DNA of 22,933 bases from positions 1 to 22,933 of the forward strand of contig JADFSZ010000004.1 in assembly GCA_022560555.1 (NCBI GenBank). The letters run 5' to 3'. Source of the DNA: PVC group bacterium. Lineage in GTDB: Bacteria; GCA-001730085; JADFSZ01. Under the pieces are notes generated by a model. The model made no database searches and was not told the DNA's origin. It saw only the letters and a list, made by a program, of their open reading frames with translations. The position numbers and the translations under genes were made by a program. Position 1 is the first letter of the stretch, and each line of letters opens with the position of its first letter. Of this stretch, positions 7,857 through 16,102 are shown piece after piece.

Positions 7857-8858
7857 TTACGGAACGGTTCTAAACCGTGTGGCTCTTAAAATATTCTCAA
7901 GAAGCATCAACACCAGGGCCGCGCTGATGGGGAGTACATACAATTCCCGATAGTTATAAAAAGCGTTTTGTTCCACTTTGCTTTTTTCCATCTTATCGAT
8001 TTCATCGTATATATTCCGCAATTCTTTCGTATTTGTCGCTCGAAAATATTGTCCCCCGGTGATAGCCGCGATTTCCGTTAAGGATTCTTCGTTAAGCTCA
8101 AAAATCACATTTTGATATCTCGTCCGTCCCCAAGGATCCCTCGTCGGATACGGAACAGGCCCCATCGATCCCGTTCCAATCGTATACACTTTGATACCCA
8201 GTGATTTCGCGATTTTCGCCGCCTTACGGGGCTCAACCTCACCGGCATTGTTGATGCCATCCGTCAAAAGAACAATAATCTGACTTTCACCTTTTTTATC
8301 TTTCAGACGTTTAATGGATGAGATCAGACCCGAGCCTATGGCTGTTCCGTCTTCGATTAAACCGACTTCGGCCCGATCAAGAAAGGTGTTCGTCACATCA
8401 TGATCCAGCGTTAAAGGGCACAAAGTATAAGCCCTTCCGGCAAAAACAACAATCCCAATCCGGTCATCTGCGCGTTCACGAATAAAATCCTTAATGACAG
8501 ACTTTGCTATTTCAAGCCGATTAACACGTTTTTTGTTTTTTTGAAAATCTTCCGCGAGCATACTTGTTGAGACATCCACTGCCAAAATAATATCAATCCC
8601 CTCTTTATGAATCTTGGTTTCCTCTAGGCCCCAACGCATGCCGACAAGACCAAGAACCATTAACATCACAACAGAGGTTTTCAAGAGAAACATGCCTTTC
8701 TTAAATATTTCAAATGCGGGAGAATAAATATTTTTAAAAGCTCTCGTATTTGAGAATTTCACTTCGGCGTATTGAGAACCTTCCCGGTACCAAATCCAGA
8801 CGAGCGCCAAAAGAATCGGGGCCAAAACAAAAAACCAAGGATGCGTGATTTCAAACAT
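7857..8858 (-). CDS. VWA domain-containing membrane protein, BatA-like
   Basis: The start is placed at the ATG at 8858 (MFEITHPWFFVLAPILLALVWIWY, a typical BatA N-terminal TM). The ORF extends to 8972 but would then overlap the upstream gene by 122 nt. With the 8858 start the overlap is 8 nt. It has the MIDAS motif DVSTSM, a VWA core (IIVLLTDGINNAG) and a C-terminal TM helix. Confidence 0.85.
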   Translation of the reverse strand: MFEITHPWFFVLAPILLALVWIWYREGSQYAEVKFSNTRAFKNIYSPAFEIFKKGMFLLKTSVVMLMVLGLVGMRWGLEETKIHKEGIDIILAVDVSTSMLAEDFQKNKKRVNRLEIAKSVIKDFIRERADDRIGIVVFAGRAYTLCPLTLDHDVTNTFLDRAEVGLIEDGTAIGSGLISSIKRLKDKKGESQIIVLLTDGINNAGEVEPRKAAKIAKSLGIKVYTIGTGSMGPVPYPTRDPWGRTRYQNVIFELNEESLTEIAAITGGQYFRATNTKELRNIYDEIDKMEKSKVEQNAFYNYRELYVLPISAALVLMLLENILRATRFRTVP

Positions 8859-9843
8859 AATTCGCCCTCTGACTGTTACGAAGGTCCTCTTTTTCATTCT
8901 CCTCGGGCGGCCCAGGAATCGTGCTTCGAATAAATTCCCGCGCCTGAACAAGAAGGTGATTCGCTTCGTCAAGACGGGGCCTAAATCGCGCGAATTTCAC
9001 TAAATCACATTCGGACATAAATTCCTGCAAAAGTTTTCGATGCTCATATGTTATCACATGTGTTCTGCTTGTTGCCTCCAAAAACTCTTGCGTTGTCTGT
9101 TCCGGGGCGTTTAGAGAAAATCGTCCTTCGATATAGTGACGCACAATATCAGAAACCCCCGAATAGAATTCTTTATACAAGTCCTCTTCCAGCAAACCTG
9201 AATCTTCAAGCCTTTTCAATTCTTCTAAAGCACGTTCATGAATCGGACGCGGATCAAGATCAACGCCCTTCATCTCCTCTTTGGATTTTTTGGAGCGTAG
9301 CCACCACCAAACACCGAACACCAAAAGAGCTAAAACGATCCCCCCTAACACAATCAACGTTATCATGGACGGCTCCACAGGACCCTTGATATCACGAATG
9401 TCCGTATCATCAACACCTATAAGACTTACAACATCAATAAAAAGCTCCGGTGTTTTATATTCAGAAAATTCGCCCTCAGGATCAACAGCAACGAAGATTT
9501 TCGGTCGTATCACATACGGCCCCGGAACAAAAGTATTCAGACTATATTTTTTTTTGACAAATACCATATCCGGGTCAACTTTTAGCGGTTCACTTTTTTC
9601 AACGCTTTCAATAAAGAGACCATCGATATCAACGGACAGAAGGGGGAATCGAACTTGATAATTACGTGGATATTGAGCCGATATTGTTAGTGTTACGTTC
9701 TTTGCGACTTGAACTTTCGTTTTATCTATTGACGCCCAGACTTTCACACGATCATTATCAAACGATAAACCGTATGGTGCGCATAAAACCATGAAAACGA
9801 TCATCCCTGATAAAGTGCGCGTTAAGAACTGAGTCGTTATCAT
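8851..9843 (-). CDS. Membrane protein combining a BatD-like N-terminal extracytoplasmic domain with a DUF4381-like C-terminal domain
   Basis: 330 aa. In order: a signal-like N-terminus, a beta-rich region (WASIDKTKVQVAKNVTLTISAQ) reminiscent of BatD, a TM helix (ITLIVLGGIVLALLVFGVWWW), then a helical domain ending in ...ECDLVKFARFRP, typical of the small DUF4381 proteins found between DUF58 and BatA. Domain names are from memory. Confidence 0.65.
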   Translation of the reverse strand: MITTQFLTRTLSGMIVFMVLCAPYGLSFDNDRVKVWASIDKTKVQVAKNVTLTISAQYPRNYQVRFPLLSVDIDGLFIESVEKSEPLKVDPDMVFVKKKYSLNTFVPGPYVIRPKIFVAVDPEGEFSEYKTPELFIDVVSLIGVDDTDIRDIKGPVEPSMITLIVLGGIVLALLVFGVWWWLRSKKSKEEMKGVDLDPRPIHERALEELKRLEDSGLLEEDLYKEFYSGVSDIVRHYIEGRFSLNAPEQTTQEFLEATSRTHVITYEHRKLLQEFMSECDLVKFARFRPRLDEANHLLVQAREFIRSTIPGPPEENEKEDLRNSQRANYV

Positions 9844-10719
9844 CTACTTTCGCCTCTCCCTCATCGCAAAAAATTTCTTCAACGGACGAATATATCCATG
9901 ATCTGTTCGAATCTCAATATGATCGATTTTGTGCATTTTAAATAACGCATTCCTCTTTTCTGTTTGAGACAGGCTATTTTCTCTGTAGTGGCGGAGCACC
10001 TCAGGATCATACGTGTCCACAAATACAATATTTTCAGACTCAATATCCCTAAGTTTTATTATGCCTACAGGGTGAATCTCACACTCTCTTGGATCCGTAA
10101 CAGATACAGCGATCATATCATGACGTCGGCGCGCTATTTTAAGATCTTTTTCATACCCGGACGCAAAGAAATCTGAAATCAGAAAACATACCGCGTGACG
10201 TTTAATGATAGACATCAAAAATCTCAAAGCCGCTTGTATATTCGTTCCCTTTTGACAGGGCTGAAAATACAGTATTTCACGAATAACTCTTAAGACATGT
10301 TTTTTGCCCTTTTTGGGCGGAATATAACGTTCGACTTGATCTGTAAAAATAATGAGCCCGACTTTATCCTGATTTTTGATAGCGGAAAAAGCTAAAACGG
10401 CTCCGAGCTCAGCCACGTATTCACGTTTATTTCTTTGGATCGAACCAAACTCTCCTGAACCGGAAGCGTCCAGGATGAGCATCAATGTTTGCTCTCTCTC
10501 CTCAACAAATTTTTTAATATGCGGAAATCCCGTGCGAGCCGTCACATTCCAGTCAATCAAACGCACATCATCCCCGGGTTGATAGGCACGAACTTCATCA
10601 AATTCAATCCCGCACCCCTTAAAGACACTATGATATTGCCCTGAAAAGATTTCGCTTACCACACGCCGCGTACGAATATGAATATTCTTAACATTTTTTA
10701 ATATTTCGGAAGGGATCAT
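9844..10719 (-). CDS. DUF58 domain-containing protein (MoxR-associated, VWA-like)
   Basis: 291 aa. Has the characteristic VRAYQPGDDVRLIDWNVTARTGFPHIKKFVEERE block followed by a degenerate VWA fold (LMLILDASGS). Its stop is directly adjacent to the next gene start (9844/9843). Confidence 0.85.
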   Translation of the reverse strand: MIPSEILKNVKNIHIRTRRVVSEIFSGQYHSVFKGCGIEFDEVRAYQPGDDVRLIDWNVTARTGFPHIKKFVEEREQTLMLILDASGSGEFGSIQRNKREYVAELGAVLAFSAIKNQDKVGLIIFTDQVERYIPPKKGKKHVLRVIREILYFQPCQKGTNIQAALRFLMSIIKRHAVCFLISDFFASGYEKDLKIARRRHDMIAVSVTDPRECEIHPVGIIKLRDIESENIVFVDTYDPEVLRHYRENSLSQTEKRNALFKMHKIDHIEIRTDHGYIRPLKKFFAMRERRK

Positions 10720-10732
10720 AACTCAGTTCCTT

Positions 10733-11794
10733 TTACGGAAAGATCAGCATCGCATCTCCATAACTATAAAACCGATAACTATTTTTGATGGCTTCCTGAT
10801 AAGCCTTTTGAATAAATGACAATCCGCCGAACGCGGCCACCAGCATAAAAAGCGTTGAGCACGGCAAATGAAAGTTTGTAATCAACGCATCCGCCATACA
10901 AAACTTGTATCCGGGATAAATAAAAAGATCGGTTTCGCCTACTATGTCTTTCTCTCGATAAAGTTCAATATTTTTTGAGGCGGCCTCAAGAACACGCAGG
11001 GTTGTTGAACCTACAGCAATAACACGTCTTTTATGTCTCTTTGCCCAACGTATTCGATTCACTTCATGTGAGGCAATTCGGTATGATTCAGGAATCAACT
11101 TGTGATCTTTGATGTTTTCTGAGGTTACGGGCTTAAATGTTCCCGGCCCCACATGTAAAGTTACATAATGCACTCCTATTCCCTTTGATTTCAATCGTGA
11201 CAAAAGGGGTTTTGTAAAATGCAATCCCGCGGTAGGGGCCGCGACAGATCCAGGATCTTTCGCGTATACAGGTTGATAATCCAATAGATCCAATCGATAC
11301 CTTTCGTTTCCATCATCATAGGACCGGGTAATATACGGCGGCAAAGGAGCTCTGCCGATTTTTCCAATCGTCGTCATGAAAGACTTTCCCTTTTTATTGA
11401 ACGTCACAGGGATTTCAAATGTTTCAGGAATGCGCGCTCCCGTGATTTTTCCGATGAGATTCCCGGGCAGAACAATCTCATCGCCAAGAGCAAACGAAGC
11501 TCGTGATTTTGTAAAAACATACCATTGCCCGTCCCCGATAGGTCTTGACAATGTGATTTCAGTTTTTGCGCCTGTTTTTTTTGCTCCGATCAACCTGGCG
11601 GGTATAACTTTTGAATTGTTCATAACCAAAACATCGTCCTTTTTTAATATCTGAGGCAACTGTTTGAATCGATAATGCTCAATGCTTTGGCTTTTACAAT
11701 GAAGGACCATAAGACAGCTCTGATCACGGCGGGTCTTTGGATATTGAGCGATGGAAGATTTTGGAAGAAAATAATCGAATTCTTTTAATTTCAT
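10733..11794 (-). CDS. queA: S-adenosylmethionine:tRNA ribosyltransferase-isomerase
   Basis: 353 aa. The N-terminus MKLKEFDYFLPKSSIAQYP...RDQSCLMVL closely parallels E. coli QueA. Also has VAAPTAGLHFT, VTLHVGPGTF, AVGSTTLRVLE, TNFHLP.STL and YRFYSYGDAM. Confidence 0.95.
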   Translation of the reverse strand: MKLKEFDYFLPKSSIAQYPKTRRDQSCLMVLHCKSQSIEHYRFKQLPQILKKDDVLVMNNSKVIPARLIGAKKTGAKTEITLSRPIGDGQWYVFTKSRASFALGDEIVLPGNLIGKITGARIPETFEIPVTFNKKGKSFMTTIGKIGRAPLPPYITRSYDDGNERYRLDLLDYQPVYAKDPGSVAAPTAGLHFTKPLLSRLKSKGIGVHYVTLHVGPGTFKPVTSENIKDHKLIPESYRIASHEVNRIRWAKRHKRRVIAVGSTTLRVLEAASKNIELYREKDIVGETDLFIYPGYKFCMADALITNFHLPCSTLFMLVAAFGGLSFIQKAYQEAIKNSYRFYSYGDAMLIFP

Positions 11795-12960
11795 TGCAAT
11801 TTGACCAGTTTCGATCCCGAATAATAAAATAACAGAATCTCATCCGTCTTTAGTTTTTTTTCGGCTAGTCCTTTCGCCCCCCATTGGCAAAATCCGACAC
11901 CATGCCCCCATCCTTGTCCATGAAATACAAGCTGGTCACGATGAGTTGAAAGATCAAAACGCGTGCTCTTTATCATACGAGGACTGACACGCAGACGAAA
12001 GTCAACAGCATCCATCACATATTGGCCCTGACTTGTGGTGATATTCAGTTGCTTGACACGGCCCGAACTCGTTTTATTCTTTACGTCAACAGAAATCACA
12101 ATCTCCGACGAATCATTGAAAATATCTTTTATTTTATTTTGGAGGTCCTCAAGCTTAAGATTGAATATCCAATCATAATTTGGCGCATCGGAACAAAAAT
12201 TACAAGTCACGCTTTTTAAACACGGCACATCTATTTTTTTCCATACCATATTCCCGTACTCTGTCTTTCCGCCGCAGGTTGAGTGAAAAAACGCGGGTAT
12301 AAGCGTATTTTTATATACAAGCACAACCCCCTTCGTCTCCTTCACAATACGGTTTGAAATCCATGTTTCGTTACCGAAACCACCGTAAACTTGCGAATAA
12401 ATGTCTGCCGTAAGATCATAAAGCTCGTCTTGATGGATGCCCTTTTGATATAAAGCGTATGTTCGTGATGCTATCGCTTGCGCGCGCAGGGCATTTTCGG
12501 GCCAGCGCTTGGGCATTTCGCCGACGAGAACCCCTTTAATATAATCTTCAAGCCCAATATGATTCACAACGAGGATTTTATTTTTTGAAACCACATATAT
12601 GGCAATATCCCCACGGTACTTTTTATTGTTCATCGAAAATGTTTCGTCTGGCCTTAAACGGATTTCCAAATAATTTGTGACAAAAGATTTTGACCCAAGC
12701 CAAATCCCTGTTTCCCCTCCCTTAACACCTGTCAGAGGCAAATCAGCATCTTTCCAAAGAAGTTTTCCTGAATTGCCGTCACGACATTCAAAACGCCCGG
12801 AAATCATCAAGTCAAAAGACTCGAACCCTTTTGAAGAAAGATTCACGCGGATCATGTGTTTGTTTTCTGCGGATAAATCCCCGGCAGATGCAAACATCAG
12901 GAGAGTAAAGCCGAAAACAAAATAAAACAGCTTAGAAAACTTTATGCCGATGACTGTCAT
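11791..12960 (-). CDS. SpoIID/LytB domain-containing protein (peptidoglycan remodelling)
   Basis: 389 aa with an N-terminal signal/TM. Has SpoIID motifs AQAIASRTYAL, FHSTCGGKTE and GHGVGFCQWGA. The stop overlaps the queA start by 4 nt. Confidence 0.9.
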   Translation of the reverse strand: MTVIGIKFSKLFYFVFGFTLLMFASAGDLSAENKHMIRVNLSSKGFESFDLMISGRFECRDGNSGKLLWKDADLPLTGVKGGETGIWLGSKSFVTNYLEIRLRPDETFSMNNKKYRGDIAIYVVSKNKILVVNHIGLEDYIKGVLVGEMPKRWPENALRAQAIASRTYALYQKGIHQDELYDLTADIYSQVYGGFGNETWISNRIVKETKGVVLVYKNTLIPAFFHSTCGGKTEYGNMVWKKIDVPCLKSVTCNFCSDAPNYDWIFNLKLEDLQNKIKDIFNDSSEIVISVDVKNKTSSGRVKQLNITTSQGQYVMDAVDFRLRVSPRMIKSTRFDLSTHRDQLVFHGQGWGHGVGFCQWGAKGLAEKKLKTDEILLFYYSGSKLVKLQ

Positions 12961-13028
12961 GGGATTAATGCTCGTTCAAGCAAATAGGCTTCAAAAATAT
13001 TCTGAGATAGCAAGAGAGGACAAATTTA

Positions 13029-14063
13029 TTATTTTTCATCAGCGTCCCAAAGGTCTCCAAGGAAGGCACCCGTTGCTTTCGTGCCGAGATATTCACATCC
13101 AATTTTCGTGATTTTTCGTCCGTTTGAGGTGCGCTGAATGTACCCTTCGGCAATAAGAAAAGGTTCAAAGACTTCTTCGAGGGTTTGCTGATCTTCACCA
13201 ATACTCACACTTAAATTATTAATACCGACCGGACCACCGTCAAATTTCTCTAAAATACATCTCAATATCCTCCGGTCCATATCATCCAAACCTTTTTTAT
13301 CGACACCTAACATGAACAAAGCTTTATCCGCCACATCCTTTGTGATTTTGTTATCCGCTTTAATTTGCGCGTAATCCCGCACCCGTTTGAGAAGCCTATT
13401 CGCAATCCGGGGCGTCCCTCGGGAACGAAAAGATATTTCCCTCGCGCCTTCTTCATCAATGACCACACCAAGAATCTTCGCTGAGCGCATCACAATGTCA
13501 TAAAGATTTTCAGGAGGATAATATTCCAGCCGTTGTGTGATGCCGAATCGCTCGCGCATCGCTGACGTCAAAAGACCGCTTCTTGTCGTAGCTCCGATCA
13601 AAGTGAATTTCGCGAGATTCAACTTAACGGACCGTGCGGAAGGGCCCTTGTCAATCACGATATCAATCGCAAAATCTTCCATCGCCGGATAGAGGTACTC
13701 TTCCACAATCCGGCCCAAGCGATGAATCTCGTCAATAAAAAGGACTTCTCTCTCTTCAAGCCCTGTTAAAATACCCGCCAGATCCGCCGGCCGCTCTAAT
13801 GCCGGGCCGGATGTATGTTTCATCTGAACTCCCAGGACGGACGAAACAATATGTGCCAATGTGGTTTTGCCCAAACCCGAAGGGCCGAAAAACAAAATAT
13901 GATCCACGGCCTCTTTACGTTCAATAGCCGCCCTTAGAAAAATATCTAAACACTCTTTTAAATGATCCTGTCCGATAAAATCAGAAAATGTTTGAGGTCT
14001 CAGAGATCTCTCTGTTGGTATATCTTCTTGTTGTATTGAGGGGGAAATCACGCGATCTTCCAT
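13029..14063 (-). CDS. ruvB: Holliday junction branch migration DNA helicase RuvB
   Basis: 344 aa. Has LRPQTFSDFIGQ, Walker A GPSGLGKTTLA, Walker B LFIDEIHRL, sensor GATTR and arginine finger region GTPRIANRLL. AAAGGA lies 8 nt upstream of the ATG. Confidence 0.97.
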   Translation of the reverse strand: MEDRVISPSIQQEDIPTERSLRPQTFSDFIGQDHLKECLDIFLRAAIERKEAVDHILFFGPSGLGKTTLAHIVSSVLGVQMKHTSGPALERPADLAGILTGLEEREVLFIDEIHRLGRIVEEYLYPAMEDFAIDIVIDKGPSARSVKLNLAKFTLIGATTRSGLLTSAMRERFGITQRLEYYPPENLYDIVMRSAKILGVVIDEEGAREISFRSRGTPRIANRLLKRVRDYAQIKADNKITKDVADKALFMLGVDKKGLDDMDRRILRCILEKFDGGPVGINNLSVSIGEDQQTLEEVFEPFLIAEGYIQRTSNGRKITKIGCEYLGTKATGAFLGDLWDADEK

Positions 14064-14097
14064 GTGAGATCCTTTCCGTTCCGTTTTTTAATTCCTT

Positions 14098-14691
14098 TTA
14101 CCTTTTTAAGACTTTACGAATAAGTTCCTCGGTCGTGCAGGAAACACCGGTTTCTCTTTGAACACGCCCGACCTCTTGACGAGCGGATTGAGCGGAATAC
14201 CCAAGTGCGGTTAAAGCTTCAACAGCATCTTCGTGAGCATTTATATTAGCCTCTTTCGAGCTCGTTTCTTTTTGGGTCATCAAATCATCAAAGGACACTT
14301 TATCCTTTAGCTCCAGAATCATTCTCTGAGCCGTCTTTTTTCCTATGCCAGTTACACACGTCAAGCGCCCCACATCCTCTTTAAGGATGGCCTGTTGAAA
14401 ATCGATAATACTCATTGTCGACAAAACATTTAAGGCTGATTTCGGCCCGACACCACCGACACTGATAAGAAGCAGAAAAAGATGTTTTTCCGCACGGGTA
14501 AAGAATCCAAACAAATCTAAAGAATCCTCCCTGACATGCTGATACACAAAAACTTTAACGTTGTCCCCGACAGATCCTACCAAATCACTTGTCGAAAGCG
14601 AAACCGCGATATCATACCCAATACCATTGGCTTCGATCACAAGATGTGCGGGGTGTTTTTCCGCGAGTTTTCCTCGAATATAATTAATCAT
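14098..14691 (-). CDS. ruvA: Holliday junction DNA-binding protein RuvA
   Basis: 197 aa. Has MINYIRGKL...ANGIGYDI (OB domain), tandem HhH (ISVGGVGPKSAL, VTGIGKKTAQR) and a C-terminal domain III (ALTALGYS). Confidence 0.95.
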   Translation of the reverse strand: MINYIRGKLAEKHPAHLVIEANGIGYDIAVSLSTSDLVGSVGDNVKVFVYQHVREDSLDLFGFFTRAEKHLFLLLISVGGVGPKSALNVLSTMSIIDFQQAILKEDVGRLTCVTGIGKKTAQRMILELKDKVSFDDLMTQKETSSKEANINAHEDAVEALTALGYSAQSARQEVGRVQRETGVSCTTEELIRKVLKR

Positions 14692-15182
14692 GTCTGTTTA
14701 ATCAATTGTTGAAATTTTGAAGAATTCAAAAAACAATAGGCGGAGGCTAAAGCATCCGCGGCATCTTCAGAGCGCGGCATATCTTTGAGCTTCAGCAAAC
14801 TCTGCATCATCTTTTGAATTTGATATTTTTGCGCGCGTCCATTTCCTTTAACGGCTTTTTTAATTTGCGTGGGAGAAAACTCATGGATCTCAATATCATG
14901 AAGATCCGCGAGAAGTAAAACGATGCCTCGTCCTTCACCTAAGGAGATAGCGCTCTTGACATTCACACCAAAAAACACCTTTTCGATGGAAATAATATCA
15001 GGTTTGATTTGACCGATAATGGTATCTAATTTCCGATAGATTTCTCCAAGCCGAAACGAAAGATCCATTTTGGCAATCGATCTGACAACACCGTATTCCA
15101 ATGACCGGATAGCACCGTTATTTTTTTCCAAAACGCCGTAGCCAACATTATGTGTCCCGGGGTCAATGCCCAATACTTTCAT
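14688..15182 (-). CDS. ruvC: Crossover junction endodeoxyribonuclease RuvC
   Basis: 164 aa. Has MKVLGIDPG (catalytic Asp), IEKVFFG (Glu) and ...DAADALA near the C-terminus. There are 4-nt overlaps with both neighbours. Confidence 0.95.
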   Translation of the reverse strand: MKVLGIDPGTHNVGYGVLEKNNGAIRSLEYGVVRSIAKMDLSFRLGEIYRKLDTIIGQIKPDIISIEKVFFGVNVKSAISLGEGRGIVLLLADLHDIEIHEFSPTQIKKAVKGNGRAQKYQIQKMMQSLLKLKDMPRSEDAADALASAYCFLNSSKFQQLIKQT

Positions 15183-15916
15183 GAGGCTTCATCCATTATA
15201 TCAAAATTAGAATACACATTTTGAACATCATCGTGATCTTCCAGCTCCTCCATCAGACGAAGAACAGGTCCGGCTTGGACCTCACTTATCCTAACATAAT
15301 CTTTGGGCACCATGGTCAACTGGGCATCCATGATCGGCACTTTTTTATCCTCTAAAAATGACTTCACTTTGTAGAAATCACTGACTTGAGTATATACAAG
15401 ATAGGCCTCCTCGTCTGATGTATCAAGATCTTCTCCTCCGGCCTCCAAAACAGAGTTCATTAAATCATCTTCGGATATGTCCTCTTTTTTGACACGGATC
15501 TCCCCTTTCTTTTGAAACATCCATGCCACACATCCGGCCGCACCAAGATGGCCGTGATTTTTCTCAAAGATTTTTCTCAGCTCAGGATGAGTCCGATTTT
15601 TATTGTCTGTTAACACATCAACAATGATGGCTATCCCCGAAGCCCCATAGCCCTCATAAGTGATCGGCTCATAATTCACACCCGGAATCTCTCCTAGACC
15701 CTTTTTGATGGCTCTTTCAATGTTAGACGTGGGCATATTGATCCCCTTCGAGCTTAGAATAGCTGTCCGTAAGCGTGCATTACGATTAGGATCTCCGCCT
15801 CCCTCCCGGGCGGCAACTGTGATTTCCTTGATCGCCTTTGTAAAAACTTTACCGCGCTTCTGGTCGATAGCGGCCTTTTTATGCTTGATACTGCTCCATT
15901 TGGAATGTCCTGACAT
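15179..15916 (-). CDS. yebC: YebC/PmpR family DNA-binding transcriptional regulator
   Basis: 245 aa. The N-terminus MSGHSKWSSIKHKKAAIDQKRGKVFTK is the family signature. GAGGGA lies upstream of the ATG. The yebC-ruvC-ruvA-ruvB order is a widely conserved arrangement. Confidence 0.95.
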   Translation of the reverse strand: MSGHSKWSSIKHKKAAIDQKRGKVFTKAIKEITVAAREGGGDPNRNARLRTAILSSKGINMPTSNIERAIKKGLGEIPGVNYEPITYEGYGASGIAIIVDVLTDNKNRTHPELRKIFEKNHGHLGAAGCVAWMFQKKGEIRVKKEDISEDDLMNSVLEAGGEDLDTSDEEAYLVYTQVSDFYKVKSFLEDKKVPIMDAQLTMVPKDYVRISEVQAGPVLRLMEELEDHDDVQNVYSNFDIMDEAS

Positions 15917-15949
15917 GAGTCCCTCACGGTTATAAGAACGTCTTATTTT

Positions 15950-15978
15950 ATTTTATACAGTCAAAGCTCCTTTGTAAA
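15950..15978 (-). promoter_or_regulatory. Candidate sigma70-like promoter for the yebC-ruv gene array
   Basis: On the minus strand: TTTACA (15978..15973), a 17-nt spacer, then TAAAAT (15955..15950), about 35 nt upstream of the yebC ATG. Alternative registers exist (TATAAA with a 15-nt spacer). Confidence 0.35.
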
Positions 15979-16024
15979 GCACCAAAGTTCATGAACCACA
16001 ATGTTTTCCACTGATATTTTTTCA

Positions 16025-16053
16025 TTGCCAGGCCCGCTTAAACACCCTATAAT
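16025..16053 (+). promoter_or_regulatory. Near-consensus sigma70 promoter for the adenylate-forming enzyme gene
   Basis: TTGCCA (16025..16030), a 17-nt spacer, then TATAAT (16048..16053), about 50 nt upstream of the ATG at 16103. Confidence 0.55.
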
Positions 16054-16102
16054 CGTAAAGGTAGACATATCTAAAACTTCGACCGATAGCGCATGATCAT
16101 CT

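Noticed and set aside
8859-8972. Upstream extension of the BatA-like ORF (the 371-aa version)
   Set aside because: It would overlap the preceding gene by 122 nt and encodes an Arg-rich, non-homologous-looking peptide. The internal ATG at 8858 gives the canonical BatA N-terminal TM helix and an 8-nt overlap.
12965-13201. 78-aa minus-strand ORF
   Set aside because: It overlaps the 3' end of ruvB in another frame, and its remainder falls in the short ruvB-SpoIID spacer. It has no RBS or motif.
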